DNA of 53,678 nt from Polynucleobacter sp. (GTDB taxonomy: Bacteria; Pseudomonadota; Gammaproteobacteria; Burkholderiales; Burkholderiaceae). Shown one piece after another: positions 15,144 to 26,294 of the stretch. Below the pieces are notes generated by a model, which made no database searches, was not told the DNA's origin, and saw only the letters and a list, made by a program, of their open reading frames with translations. The stretch lies in assembly GCA_023254115.1 (NCBI GenBank), contig JALQYK010000003.1:1-53678 (forward strand). The letters run 5' to 3'. Made by a program: the position numbers and the translations under genes. Position 1 is the stretch's first letter. Every line of letters begins with the position of its first letter.

Positions 15144-17375
15144 TTACTCTACCAGTTGATTGAAATATATAGAAACTTCTGCGCCTATAACTTGATTTTC
15201 TTCAATGCGATTTCGCAATTCAATTCTCGCACCATGCTCGTCAACAATTTTTTTCACCATTGCCAAGCCCAAACCCGTGCCCTTGGCTTTGGTTGTTACA
15301 TATGGCTCAAATGCTCTACTCAAAATTCTTGGGGCGAATCCCGTACCCGCATCTAATATGCTTAACTTGACAATGCCAGGACCAGCATTTGCACTTTCAG
15401 GATATGGCAAAAACTCTGTTTTTACCAATATTGAAAACTGATTGTTTTGATGTGCCTCAACGCTTGCGTCTATACCGTTCTGTATCAAGTTATGAACTAC
15501 CTGCCTGATCTGCGTTGCATCAGCCAAAATTAATGGGCAAGATGCATCTAAATCTGCTTTTACAGAGCTTCCCTCATAAAGTCCTAAAACATCCACTACT
15601 AAATTATTAATTGATAGACTTTGTAAATTAGCTTCTGGAGTTTTAGCAAAATCTCTGAAGTCATTCACCATCTGTTTCATGGCTTGAACTTGCGTCACAA
15701 TTGTCGAAGTGCTGCGCTCTAAAAACTCTTGCTGCGCAACATCTAAATGCTCTTTTAGCTTTAACTGCAATCTCTCTGCAGATAATTGAATTGGTGTTAA
15801 TGGATTTTTAATCTCATGAGCCAGTCGTCTTGCAACCTCTCCCCAAGCAATTGATCTTTGTGCAGTTATCACCTCAGAAATATCATCGAACACGATAATA
15901 TGTAGATGGCTTGGCAATGTTGTCCCTCTAACTAATAATGTAATTCCATTTTCATGTTGTGCATCTATAGCTGCAGGGTCATCTAAGATGATTTGCTTTT
16001 GCCAATGTTCAGAACTATCTGCGCTTGAAATTTTATGTTCATTGAACGCATCTTTGATAGCTACTTCAAACTTTTGCAACCGCTCTAAATGGCCTAAGCT
16101 TTTTCCAATTAAATTATCTAAAGATGTGCCAAAAATTCTAGAAGCGCCCGGATTTGAAATTACTAATTGATAGTTAGCATCTAAAACACAAACGCCAGCG
16201 GTCAAATTTGATAAAACACTTTCTGAAAAAGCTTTAGCATCCTCAAGTGAGTTTCGGGCTTCCAATAGTTGCCTAGTCATGACATTGAACTGCTTCGTTA
16301 ATAGTCCAAGCTCATCACCAGTATTAATTTCAGGCTTTGGGGAAAGGTCACCCTCTGCCACAGCTTTAGTTCCCTTGAGCAACATAATTAGTGGGTAAGC
16401 TAATTGCCGACCTAAGAGCAATGCCAAAGTCATGGCTATAAATAGAGCCAAGAACAATGTGATTGTTAGTGTGCCGATGTACATTTTTCTTAGGCCGGTT
16501 CGACCCAATGCTTTTTCTTGGTACTCAACATAAGCCTCTTGAACTGCCAGCGCATTGTTGCTTAGATTTACCGGCATCTCTTTAACTAACAATAAGAACT
16601 TGTCTTCTGATTGTTCTCGCAAGTTAAATGCGCCCATGTTGTTTGTGCCAACTATAACAACCGGTATAACCAACTTAATGGTGTACGAAGCCTTATTAAT
16701 AGCCTGATTAGGCTCATCGACTTGAGAAAAATATCCCAATGATTTTGCTTGTTGTAACTTATCAGCCTGAACCATTTCTGAAACATATGAGCTCAAGCCC
16801 AAGCTAGCGCTGGAAATGACTTTGCCGGCACTGGTAAATAATGTAACCTCCTGAATGTCGATTAATTGGCGCTGACGTGATAAGACCAAAGTCATGCCAC
16901 CCTCACCAGATGACCTTGATGCAGATTGAATCTGATTAGCTAAATCTCGGCCCTTAATCAACAAATCTGCTTTAGCAGTTTCTATAGTTGAGCGCCCTAA
17001 ATTTAAACCAGCCTCTAACGCTCTTTCAACCTTTACGTCAAACCAAGATTCAATACTGCGAGATACAAACTGTAGGGATACACCGTACAGAATCGCCCCC
17101 GGCAACACGCCCACCAACGCAAAAAACATGGCTAATTTGGCAACAAGTCTTGCGCCAAAGTACTTTTGTCTCCACCGAATGGCAATACTTGTTATCAATA
17201 CAATAATGACGGCAAGAAAAATAATGCCTACTAGAATATTTGCGGCATATAACCATGCAAAATATTCATCAAAAAATGAGGTATTTGCTGAGGCAACTGC
17301 TAAGAGGCCTAGCAAAATCAAAGCCAAAAAAACAACGATGCCTACTAAGAATGGTTTAGCTAATAGCTTTAGCAT
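15144..17375 (-). CDS. Sensor histidine kinase, NtrY-like (HAMP-PAS-HisKA-HATPase)
   Basis: RRLAHEIKNPLTPI, DAGTG, FEPYVTTK, GTGLGL. Confidence 0.93.
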   Translation of the reverse strand: MLKLLAKPFLVGIVVFLALILLGLLAVASANTSFFDEYFAWLYAANILVGIIFLAVIIVLITSIAIRWRQKYFGARLVAKLAMFFALVGVLPGAILYGVSLQFVSRSIESWFDVKVERALEAGLNLGRSTIETAKADLLIKGRDLANQIQSASRSSGEGGMTLVLSRQRQLIDIQEVTLFTSAGKVISSASLGLSSYVSEMVQADKLQQAKSLGYFSQVDEPNQAINKASYTIKLVIPVVIVGTNNMGAFNLREQSEDKFLLLVKEMPVNLSNNALAVQEAYVEYQEKALGRTGLRKMYIGTLTITLFLALFIAMTLALLLGRQLAYPLIMLLKGTKAVAEGDLSPKPEINTGDELGLLTKQFNVMTRQLLEARNSLEDAKAFSESVLSNLTAGVCVLDANYQLVISNPGASRIFGTSLDNLIGKSLGHLERLQKFEVAIKDAFNEHKISSADSSEHWQKQIILDDPAAIDAQHENGITLLVRGTTLPSHLHIIVFDDISEVITAQRSIAWGEVARRLAHEIKNPLTPIQLSAERLQLKLKEHLDVAQQEFLERSTSTIVTQVQAMKQMVNDFRDFAKTPEANLQSLSINNLVVDVLGLYEGSSVKADLDASCPLILADATQIRQVVHNLIQNGIDASVEAHQNNQFSILVKTEFLPYPESANAGPGIVKLSILDAGTGFAPRILSRAFEPYVTTKAKGTGLGLAMVKKIVDEHGARIELRNRIEENQVIGAEVSIYFNQLVE

Positions 17376-17377
17376 GA

Positions 17378-17950
17378 CTACTGCCCGCCTAAAGCTTTAA
17401 GCGAAAAATCAAAGCGATACCACTCACTTTGTAGATTCCAAGACTTAGAGTTAATTGCATTCACCTGAAATGGCTTAGCTAATTGGTTAGTATCTAAGCG
17501 CATACGTATTGAAGCTTGGTATGTTTGCGCCGGATCCAAAAGACCAGGCTCAATCACTACCCAGTCTTCTAATGTTTTAACTGCGATTAATGCCTGCTTT
17601 AATGAAGATGCACTAAAACTAAAGTTACCCAAAGTAACTCTGTATTGATTAGTTAAAGCCTGATAAGAGATCTTTGAAACGCGCTGAGTCTCAAGTAGTT
17701 TTGCATCAAACCAATACCACCTTGATTTTGTGACATAAAAATCTGTCACAAAATGCAATGTGACACCCTTGTTAACCAATTGCTCAAGCGTTGGGTTCAA
17801 CTCCAATGCAATATCAGCGTTTAAAGCCCAAGATTTATCTTGTTGCTGCAGACTAACTTTATTAAAGATGATTTGATCTGCACGCACACTCCCCATCGAT
17901 GCAATCATCGAGAATGTAATTACAAATATCAGCCTTAGTATTTGATGCAT
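17378..17950 (-). CDS. DUF4390 family protein
   Basis: RWYWFD, KPFQVNA; conserved position between rsmB and ntrY. Confidence 0.85.
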   Translation of the reverse strand: MHQILRLIFVITFSMIASMGSVRADQIIFNKVSLQQQDKSWALNADIALELNPTLEQLVNKGVTLHFVTDFYVTKSRWYWFDAKLLETQRVSKISYQALTNQYRVTLGNFSFSASSLKQALIAVKTLEDWVVIEPGLLDPAQTYQASIRMRLDTNQLAKPFQVNAINSKSWNLQSEWYRFDFSLKALGGQ

Positions 17951-17962
17951 GCGTATTGGTTA

Positions 17963-19267
17963 TTACTTTTTTTCTTTCTCAAACAGGGCATAAAAGAAGC
18001 CGTCGTGCTCTTTAGATGGCAATATTTGTCCTGGGGCATCTAATCGTAACGCATTTGGCATAGAACTCAACCACCAGCGTGCTTGCAACTCTCCCTCTTC
18101 TGGGAAAACCGAGCATGTCACATACAGCAACTTGCCGCCTGGCTTAAGCAACGACCATAGGGACGTTAATATTTTTCTTTGCATTACCTGTAGATTTCTA
18201 ATATCTACTTCTTGGCGTAAATACGTGATATCTGGGTGGCGTCTAACAATTCCAGACGCAGAACAAGGCACATCTGCCAAAATAGCATCATATTGCTCAC
18301 CATCAAACCAGCCTTTCGGTTCTGATGCATCACCCACTAAAACCCGAGCATTTTCTAATTTTAAGCGCTCTAAGTTTTCTTGAATTCTTTTAGCTCTTGC
18401 AGGATCAATCTCCAGCGCATCGAGTTGAATATCAAATAATTCTAATAACTGTGCTGTTTTTCCACCTGGAGCTGCACATGCGTCTAACACCTTTGCCCCT
18501 GGTTGCAAATTTAATAAGGCACCGGTTAACTGTGCGCCTGCATCTTGAACAGAACATGCGCCTTCAAAAAAACCTGGGATTTGATTGACTGGAACAGGGG
18601 TTGTCAATTCAATCGCGCTTGTTAACTGAACACCTGAAATAAGACTAATTTTTTTATACTCAAGACCGGCATCTTGAAGCTTTTTTAAATATGCCTCTTG
18701 TTGCTCTTTAGGAATCTGCCTTTGATTAAGCCGCAACGTAAGTGGCGGTCGATCCTTGGAAGAATCAATAATATCTTGAGCTTGCTCAGAATATGTCTGT
18801 TTAATTTTGTGCAACCACCAATCTGGATAAGAGGGGTTTTTATTTTCTGATATCTCTTGATATAAGTTTTCGTTTCTTAAAACTCTGCGCAATACCGCAT
18901 TAATTAAACCTTTTGCATAAAACAAATTCTTGTCTAAATGACAAACATTGACTGCCTCATTAACCAATGTATGCGTTGCATACATTGGTGCTCGATTCTT
19001 TTCAGGCACTAAAGAAATAGCCGCCCACAAGACATAAAGGGTTAAGCCTGGCGGAGTCTTCTGAACATACTGATTAAGTACTTCTTGAACCCAGTAGCCT
19101 CGCCTCAAAGCCTGAAATGTAATGCTTTGAACTGCAGGACGTAAACCTACCGGAACTATTTGTATAGCAGAAGTTAAGGATGTCCCGTCCTGAACCTGTT
19201 GCAATACCTTGGCCGACTCAAAAAGTGCTTTTGATAGGCTTGCGCCTTGTTGTTTGTTTTCAGACAG
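17963..19267 (-). CDS. rsmB: 16S rRNA m5C967 methyltransferase; start uncertain (CTG 19267 or TTG 19204)
   Basis: [36 protein letters not shown]. Confidence 0.93.
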   Translation of the reverse strand: MSENKQQGASLSKALFESAKVLQQVQDGTSLTSAIQIVPVGLRPAVQSITFQALRRGYWVQEVLNQYVQKTPPGLTLYVLWAAISLVPEKNRAPMYATHTLVNEAVNVCHLDKNLFYAKGLINAVLRRVLRNENLYQEISENKNPSYPDWWLHKIKQTYSEQAQDIIDSSKDRPPLTLRLNQRQIPKEQQEAYLKKLQDAGLEYKKISLISGVQLTSAIELTTPVPVNQIPGFFEGACSVQDAGAQLTGALLNLQPGAKVLDACAAPGGKTAQLLELFDIQLDALEIDPARAKRIQENLERLKLENARVLVGDASEPKGWFDGEQYDAILADVPCSASGIVRRHPDITYLRQEVDIRNLQVMQRKILTSLWSLLKPGGKLLYVTCSVFPEEGELQARWWLSSMPNALRLDAPGQILPSKEHDGFFYALFEKEKK

Positions 19268-20120
19268 GGTAAGTTCCAGTTCTTGCCATTTCCATCAAGC
19301 GCGACACTCTGTCATCAGTTGGTGGGTGTGTTGAAAAAAGACCCGACAATCCTCCACCAGAGAGTGGATTCATAATCATCATTTGCGCTGTTTCTGGGTG
19401 ATTCTCAACAGCGTTAAAAGATCGGTCGTTAGCATAACGATGTATCTTCTCTAACGCAGTTGCAAGTGACTCTGGATCACCGCTAATTTCTGCCCCACCT
19501 CTATCTGCCTCATACTCGCGAGCGCGCGAAATGGCCATTTGAATTAGGCTTGCAGCCAAAGGCGCCAATATGGCCACCAAAATGCTGGCGATTGGATTCG
19601 ATGGGCGACCTTCAGAATCTCTGCCGCCAAAGAACATTGCAAAATTTGCTAGGGCAGATAAAGCTCCCGCCATGGTCGCAGATATGGTTGAAATCAAAAT
19701 ATCACGATGCTTCACATGCGCTAACTCATGTGCCATCACCCCACGAATTTCTCTCTCAGAAAGTATTCGAAGAATTCCAGTTGTTGCAGCAACCGCAGCA
19801 TTTTCAGGGTTGCGACCAGTAGCAAATGCATTGGGTGCGTCTTCTTCAATTAGATAAACCTTTGGCATTGGCAATCCAGCCTTGCCAGCAAGCTCTTTGA
19901 CCATTCGATAAAAATGGGGCGCCGTTACCTCATCTACTTCGCGCGCATTCATCATGCTCAGAACCATCTTATCGGAGAACCAGTAACTAAAAAAGTTCAT
20001 GCCAAAAGCCAGAAGGAGCGCCATCAACATGCCTTGCTCACCACCAATCATTCCCCCAACAACAATAAATAGGGCGGTAATGCCTGCCATCAATGTGGCT
20101 GTCTTAAACCAATTAAACAT
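19260..20120 (-). CDS. htpX: Zinc metalloprotease HtpX
   Basis: [26 protein letters not shown]. Confidence 0.95.
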   Translation of the reverse strand: MFNWFKTATLMAGITALFIVVGGMIGGEQGMLMALLLAFGMNFFSYWFSDKMVLSMMNAREVDEVTAPHFYRMVKELAGKAGLPMPKVYLIEEDAPNAFATGRNPENAAVAATTGILRILSEREIRGVMAHELAHVKHRDILISTISATMAGALSALANFAMFFGGRDSEGRPSNPIASILVAILAPLAASLIQMAISRAREYEADRGGAEISGDPESLATALEKIHRYANDRSFNAVENHPETAQMMIMNPLSGGGLSGLFSTHPPTDDRVSRLMEMARTGTYPV

Positions 20121-20217
20121 CTTGCAAATCTCCGCTAGGTGAATTTCTATAAATTCTAGATTCAGAAAATAGCTCTAGCATCATATGTGTGTAATTGTTG
20201 ATTTATTCAAGGGGTTG

Positions 20218-21192
20218 TTAATTTAATACATCGCCAACTTGCCACTTCATGGCTAGAGCCAACTGATCTGCTGACACTTTTTTGCCCCCTGGCTTTTGTA
20301 GCTCCGTTAAAAGAATACTACCCAAACCTGTTGCCACCTCAACACCCTCTCGGCTCATAGCAATGATTGTTCCCGGCGCGTGCAAAGACCTAGCAGAAGA
20401 TAGCGGGGATGAAAGCCAAGCCTTGATCATCACATCACCCTTTGTAAACAATGCCCCTGGGAAAGGATTAAATGCCCTAATTTTTTGATCTATTCCTTTT
20501 GCTTCATTTGTCCAATTGATTCTGGCCTCTTCTTTCAATATTTTTTTGGCATAAGTAACGCCATCAATTGCTTGAGACTTACTTACCAACTGACCATTAC
20601 GCTCGAAGTCACCCAAGGCTTTCACAATCATTTCACCACCAAGTGATGCCAATGAATCATGCAATAAAGCTGTGGTTTCTTTGTCAGAAATAGGTATTTC
20701 CTTCATGGCTATCACTGGACCAGTATCAAGGCCCAAATCCATTTGCATGATGGCTATGCCCGTCACATTGTCTCCAGCTTCAATCGCTCTATGGATTGGG
20801 GCAGCCCCCCTCCACCTAGGCAACAACGAAGCATGAATGTTTAAGCAACCCGCCCGATTTGGTCTTTCAGCAATCTCAAAAACTTCTTTAGGCAAAATCA
20901 AACCGTATGCGGCAACAACCATGACATCAAACTCACACTCACTAAGTTCTTTAAGTGCTTTTGTTGCTTCGGCAGAGTATTTACCGTCTAACCTTAAAGA
21001 TGTGGGCTGTATAACTTTGATTTGTTTTTCTACTGCAAATTGCTTGACTGGGCTAGCCTGTAGGTTCATGCCTCGGCCTGCCGGTCTATCAGGCTGGGTC
21101 ATCACCATCACAACCTGATGGCCGGAGCTATAAATGCGCTCTAAAGCTACCCTAGCAAATTCTGGTGTACCGGCAAAAACCACTCTGAGCAT
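20218..21192 (-). CDS. fmt: Methionyl-tRNA formyltransferase
   Basis: FAGTPEFA, TQPDRP, NIHASLLPRWRGAAP. Confidence 0.97.
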   Translation of the reverse strand: MLRVVFAGTPEFARVALERIYSSGHQVVMVMTQPDRPAGRGMNLQASPVKQFAVEKQIKVIQPTSLRLDGKYSAEATKALKELSECEFDVMVVAAYGLILPKEVFEIAERPNRAGCLNIHASLLPRWRGAAPIHRAIEAGDNVTGIAIMQMDLGLDTGPVIAMKEIPISDKETTALLHDSLASLGGEMIVKALGDFERNGQLVSKSQAIDGVTYAKKILKEEARINWTNEAKGIDQKIRAFNPFPGALFTKGDVMIKAWLSSPLSSARSLHAPGTIIAMSREGVEVATGLGSILLTELQKPGGKKVSADQLALAMKWQVGDVLN

Positions 21193-21701
21193 TAAATCTC
21201 ACCCGCTTTGGATTTCTTCTTGAGTTTTCCAGCAATTCGCATGCGCTTTAACGAGGATAAATACTCAACAAAAACTTTACCCTTCAAATGATCCATTTCA
21301 TGCTGAATGCAAACAGCCATTAAACCATCAGCATGAATCTCAAAAGACTTACCATCTATATCTAAGGCTCTAACTTTCACCTCGGAAGGGCGCAATACTT
21401 CGTCATAAAAATCTGGCACTGATAAACATCCCTCTTGCCATACTTTTTTTTCTTCACTAGCCCAAGTTATTTCTGGATTAATAAAAACCTGCAATTGATT
21501 TCTCTCATCCGATAAATCTATAACAATCACTTGCACGTGGGCATTTACCTGAGTTGCCGCCAAGCCAATGCCTGGCGCCTCATACATTGTTTGCGCCATA
21601 TCTGAAACTAATTGCTTAATCTTTTGATTTATTTCAGCAACAGGTTTAGCCACCGTATGCAAGCGTGGGTCAGGATAATGAAGGATAGGTAGTACAGCCA
21701 T
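21192..21701 (-). CDS. def: Peptide deformylase
   Basis: [20 protein letters not shown]. Confidence 0.97.
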   Translation of the reverse strand: MAVLPILHYPDPRLHTVAKPVAEINQKIKQLVSDMAQTMYEAPGIGLAATQVNAHVQVIVIDLSDERNQLQVFINPEITWASEEKKVWQEGCLSVPDFYDEVLRPSEVKVRALDIDGKSFEIHADGLMAVCIQHEMDHLKGKVFVEYLSSLKRMRIAGKLKKKSKAGEI

Positions 21702-21773
21702 TTCAGAAAATTCTTACATAAAGTTCAGGGAATGCTGATTGCTTGAAAAAATAGAATTGCAGACAATTTGGTG

Positions 21774-22436
21774 ATGCCTCCAATTATCTCAATCAATCAA
21801 AAACATCCCTATTATCCAAGCAGATTACTAGATTTGTCTGATGCCCCTAAAGAAATTTACTGCCTAGGCAACATTAAGGCGCTAAAAATGCCCAGCATTG
21901 CAATCGTTGGCTCGCGCAAAGCATCCAATCACGGCCTTAAATATGCCAAAACCTTTTCGCAAGCACTAGCAAATAAAGGATTTTGTATTGTCTCTGGTTT
22001 GGCTGAGGGCATTGACTCAGCAGCTCACATGGGGGCACTAGAATCAAACCACCCCATTCCAACCATTGCAGTCTGTGGCACAAGCCTAGACAAGTGCTAC
22101 CCAAGCAAAAATCGGGCTTTGTTTCAGAAAATCCATCAAATTGGCTTACTAATTTCAGAGTATCCTCCAGGCACCGCCACGAAACCGTTCTTTTTTCCCC
22201 AAAGAAACAGGCTGATTGCTGCATTGTCTTTAGGCACACTTGTTGTGGAGGCTGCCATTAAGTCTGGATCATTAATTACTGCAAAATATGCCAACGAGCT
22301 TGGTAGGGAGGTTTTTGCCATCCCCAACTCAATCTCGCGACTGAGCTCAGCTGGCTGTCACCAACTCATTAAAGATGGCGCAAAGTTAACCGAAAACCCT
22401 TCTGATATCTTTGATGAACTTAGATTTTTTGCTTAA
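21774..22436 (+). CDS. dprA: DNA-processing protein DprA (core domain only)
   Basis: AIVGSR, SGLAEGID, FPQRNRLIA, SGSLITA; between def and topB. Confidence 0.9.
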   Translation: MPPIISINQKHPYYPSRLLDLSDAPKEIYCLGNIKALKMPSIAIVGSRKASNHGLKYAKTFSQALANKGFCIVSGLAEGIDSAAHMGALESNHPIPTIAVCGTSLDKCYPSKNRALFQKIHQIGLLISEYPPGTATKPFFFPQRNRLIAALSLGTLVVEAAIKSGSLITAKYANELGREVFAIPNSISRLSSAGCHQLIKDGAKLTENPSDIFDELRFFA

Positions 22437-22547
22437 AACAGGGGCCCTGAAACAGCAATTTTTTGAAATTTTTCCTAATTTTGTATTTATCGGTTAATAA
22501 TAAAAAAAGGAAATTAATTTAATTTGACCCCTCGGGAAGTCTTTAAC

Positions 22548-25160
22548 GTGGCAAAAACTAGCACTCAATCTGGGCCCAATAAGGCTTTAATCATTGCTGA
22601 AAAACCATCAGTTGCAGCTGATATTGCTCGCGCTTTAGGTGGATTTACTAAACATGAAGATTACTTCGAAAGCGATGAATTCGTCGTTTCATCTGCTGTG
22701 GGTCATCTTTTAGAAATTGCGGCACCAGACGCCTATGAGGTTAAACGAGGTAAATGGTCTTTTGCCAACTTACCTGTCATACCACCTCACTTTGACTTAA
22801 GGCCGATTGCTAAAACAGAAGCCAGGCTAAAAGTTTTACAAAAACTAATCAAACGTAAAGACATCAATCGTTTAATAAATGCATGTGACGCTGGACGCGA
22901 AGGTGAGTTGATTTTTAGGTTGATTGCGCAACATACCAAAGCACCTCAAAAAATTGAACGCTTATGGTTGCAGTCGATGACGCCTCAAGCGATTCGCGAT
23001 GGTTTTACTAAGTTGCGAAGTGATGAAGAATTACATAACCTAGCCAATGCAGCGCGCTGTCGTTCAGAATCAGATTGGTTGGTAGGTATTAATGGTACGC
23101 GCGCCATGACTGCATTTAATAGTAAAAGTGGTGGCTTCTTTTTAACCACCGTGGGACGCGTACAAACCCCAACTTTATCAATTGTGGTTGAAAGAGAAGA
23201 ACTTATCAGAAAGTTCATTTCTAGGGACTACTGGGAGGTAACTGCTGAGTTCATCTGTGCTGCTGGCATATATCAAGGCAAGTGGTTTGACCCCAAATTT
23301 AAAAAAGAAGCTAAAGATACTGCAGCGGACCCAGAGAAAAAAGACAACCGCTTGTGGAGCGAGGCTGCAGCCGCAAGCATTGTTGCCGCATGTCATGACA
23401 AGAGCGGCAAAGTCACTGAAGAATCAAAACCTAGCACTCAAGCAGCGCCACAACTATTTGATTTAACCAGTTTGCAAAGAGAGGCAAATGCCCGATTTGG
23501 TTTTTCAGCAAAAAACACTTTAGGTCTTGCACAAGCCCTTTACGAAAAGCATAAGGTTCTTACATACCCAAGAACTGACTCGCGAGCTCTTCCAGAGGAC
23601 TATTTGCCTACAGTTACAAGCACATTAGAAATGCTTGCCGATAGCTCAGACAACTATTACCCATTTGCCTCACAAATTTTGAATAACTCTTGGGTCAAAC
23701 CAAATAAAAAGATTTTTGATAACAGCAAAATTTCTGATCACTTTGCCATTATTCCAACGCTACAAGCGCCCAAAAATCTTTCTGAGCCTGAGCAAAAGTT
23801 ATACGACCTAGTTGTGCGCCGCTTTATGGCAATATTTTTCCCTGCGGCAGAATTTAAAGTTACCACTCGCATTACCGAGGTCAGCGGTCATTTATTTAAA
23901 ACAGATGGCAAAATTTTGACAAGCCCCGGTTGGTTAGCCGTTTATGGCAAATCCATACAAGATGACAAAGAGTTGGTGCCTGTTGCGCCAAACGAAAAAG
24001 TTCAAACGGAATCCGTCAGCCCTGTTCCACTAAAAACTAAACCGCCCGCACGGTATACGGAAGCCACGCTACTTTCTGCAATGGAGGGTGCTGGTAAATT
24101 AATTGATGATGATGACTATCGTGAAGCAATGTCAGAAAAAGGGCTCGGCACCCCGGCGACCAGAGCCGCCATCATTGAGGGCTTGCTCGCTGAAAAATAC
24201 ATGGTTAGAGAAGCCCGAGAATTAATACCCACAGCCAAAGCTTTTCAATTGATGACCCTCTTGCGTGGACTTGGTGTTGAAGAGCTGACGCAACCTGCTC
24301 TAACTGGCAATTGGGAGCATAAGCTTGCCTTGATGGAAAAAGGGCAAATTGACCGTAACACTTTCATGCAAGAAATTGCTCAAATCACGCAGCGTATAGT
24401 GAAACGTGCAAAAGAATATGACAGTGACACGATTCCAGGTGATTATGCTGACCTACAAACTCCGTGCCCACACTGCGGTGGATTGGTAAAAGAAAACTAC
24501 AGGCGGTTTGCTTGTGAAAAGTGCGGTTTTTCTATCAGCAAAATACCCGGGGGCAGGGCTTTTGAATACGACGAAGCTGAAGCTTTAATTGCCAACAAAG
24601 AAATAGGCCCACTTCAAGGCTTTAGAAGCAAAATGGGACGACCATTTGCTGCCATCATTAAATTGGTTGCAATTCCAGAAGATGACAAAGATTACCCAAA
24701 TGCTGGCTTCAAGCTTGAGTTTGATTTTGGCAACAGTCAGGATGACGATGCCGAGGAAGTCGACTTCACAGGCCAAACTGCTTTAGGTGCATGCCCTAAG
24801 TGCTCCGGCGCAGTTTATGAACATGGTATGAAATACCTCTGTGAACGTAGCGTTGGACCAAGCAAGTCATGTGATTTTTCAACGGGCAAAGTTGTTTTGC
24901 AACAAGAGATTACTCGTGAGCAAGTTGCTAAGTTGCTAAGCGAAGGTAAAACAGATTTGCTAACCAACTTTAAATCTTTGCGCACTGGTAGAGGATTTAA
25001 AGCATATCTTGCACGTCAGGCGGATGGAAAAATTGGCTTTGAGTTTGAAGCGCCAGCTAAAAAGCGCGCTGGTAGCAAAGCTGAAGCTAAATCATCCGAT
25101 AAGCCCGCTTCTGCTAAGCGCGCTCCAGCAAAAAAACGTTCATCAAAAAAAGCTGATTGA
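22548..25160 (+). CDS. topB: DNA topoisomerase III (ORF open from 22524)
   Basis: IAEKPSVA, NACDAGREGE, GRVQTPT, TYPRTDS, C-terminal Zn-ribbon repeats. Confidence 0.95.
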   Translation: MAKTSTQSGPNKALIIAEKPSVAADIARALGGFTKHEDYFESDEFVVSSAVGHLLEIAAPDAYEVKRGKWSFANLPVIPPHFDLRPIAKTEARLKVLQKLIKRKDINRLINACDAGREGELIFRLIAQHTKAPQKIERLWLQSMTPQAIRDGFTKLRSDEELHNLANAARCRSESDWLVGINGTRAMTAFNSKSGGFFLTTVGRVQTPTLSIVVEREELIRKFISRDYWEVTAEFICAAGIYQGKWFDPKFKKEAKDTAADPEKKDNRLWSEAAAASIVAACHDKSGKVTEESKPSTQAAPQLFDLTSLQREANARFGFSAKNTLGLAQALYEKHKVLTYPRTDSRALPEDYLPTVTSTLEMLADSSDNYYPFASQILNNSWVKPNKKIFDNSKISDHFAIIPTLQAPKNLSEPEQKLYDLVVRRFMAIFFPAAEFKVTTRITEVSGHLFKTDGKILTSPGWLAVYGKSIQDDKELVPVAPNEKVQTESVSPVPLKTKPPARYTEATLLSAMEGAGKLIDDDDYREAMSEKGLGTPATRAAIIEGLLAEKYMVREARELIPTAKAFQLMTLLRGLGVEELTQPALTGNWEHKLALMEKGQIDRNTFMQEIAQITQRIVKRAKEYDSDTIPGDYADLQTPCPHCGGLVKENYRRFACEKCGFSISKIPGGRAFEYDEAEALIANKEIGPLQGFRSKMGRPFAAIIKLVAIPEDDKDYPNAGFKLEFDFGNSQDDDAEEVDFTGQTALGACPKCSGAVYEHGMKYLCERSVGPSKSCDFSTGKVVLQQEITREQVAKLLSEGKTDLLTNFKSLRTGRGFKAYLARQADGKIGFEFEAPAKKRAGSKAEAKSSDKPASAKRAPAKKRSSKKAD

Positions 25161-26251
25161 CGCAACTCATCTGCCAGGTGTTCAGAATACATCTGGCAGG
25201 CTAGGGCTGACCACATAACCCCTCTAGAACCTAAGGCGGTCAAAACATATAAGCCAGGGTAACCCTTTACTGGCCCCATCACTGGTAGTCGATCTTTGGC
25301 AACGCATCGGATTCCAACAAATGCATCTATTGGGTTTAGCTCTGAGGCATCATATAAATCACCAAACATTTCCTGAATTAACGCTTGGTTTTCTAAATGA
25401 CTTTTTTTCCATATTGCCAAGTCATCTTCGTTTTCATCATACGTTGAACCAACCGGCCAATGATATGAGCCGTCATCTTGTTGCGCTGGTGGCAAACAAT
25501 AAACTTTCCCAGATATAGCAACTCTTGGCATTGTTTGTGCCCAGGTACTATTGGGTGCATAACTAAATGTGGACAACTGTCCCCTAACTGGCTTTAACGG
25601 CAACTCAATTCCAGCGCTTGCGGCAACAGTTTGCGCCCCCAATCCATTCGCTAGAAATATTCGCTTGGCCGATCCAATCAACTCTTGGTTGACTCCATAA
25701 ACGTGCCAATATTTATCTTTGTACTGAATACCTGTAACAGCGCAGGACCATCTCTTTTGTTTTTCTTGTAACTCGCCCAAATGATCCTCAGCGATTTTTT
25801 TTAAATTAACCCAACCGCCCTCAGGAAAAAACGTGCCTGCCAAAGATGCGCCCGTAACTGCCAAAGATTCTGCTGCTTTTAATGGCTTAGCCATTTCTAT
25901 ATTAAATCCTTGCGATAGCAAGCGCTCACTCATTATTTTTTTATCAAACGCTTTTGGCTCACGAGGTAAGTGTAAAACCCCAGATTGTGACCAATAATCC
26001 GTCCATATTTCTCGAGCAGCTTTGAATGCTAGCATCGTTAAACGCTGTAATCTTGATGCGCCGCGACCAATATACGGATGACACAAAGCAAACCCATGCC
26101 CACTTGTACCGCGCCCCGGCCCAGAGGCACGATCAACGACCAAAAAATTTTCTATGTCATTGTTTTTTAATGATTTTACTAAAGCCGCCCCCGCCACTCC
26201 CGCACCAACAACAACAGCATCATAGGGTTTTTGGTCTTTTGGAATATTCAT
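25016..26251 (-). CDS. FAD-dependent oxidoreductase, MnmC C-terminal-domain-like
   Basis: VVGAGVAG, PVRGQ, RCVAKDRLPVMG, ALGSRG. Confidence 0.85.
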   Translation of the reverse strand: MNIPKDQKPYDAVVVGAGVAGAALVKSLKNNDIENFLVVDRASGPGRGTSGHGFALCHPYIGRGASRLQRLTMLAFKAAREIWTDYWSQSGVLHLPREPKAFDKKIMSERLLSQGFNIEMAKPLKAAESLAVTGASLAGTFFPEGGWVNLKKIAEDHLGELQEKQKRWSCAVTGIQYKDKYWHVYGVNQELIGSAKRIFLANGLGAQTVAASAGIELPLKPVRGQLSTFSYAPNSTWAQTMPRVAISGKVYCLPPAQQDDGSYHWPVGSTYDENEDDLAIWKKSHLENQALIQEMFGDLYDASELNPIDAFVGIRCVAKDRLPVMGPVKGYPGLYVLTALGSRGVMWSALACQMYSEHLADELRQSAFFDERFFAGARLAEAGLSDDLASALLPARFLAGASNSKPIFPSA

Positions 26252-26294
26252 GGCTGCCTTTATAATGCATCTCTTAGCTTATTGAACAATATTC

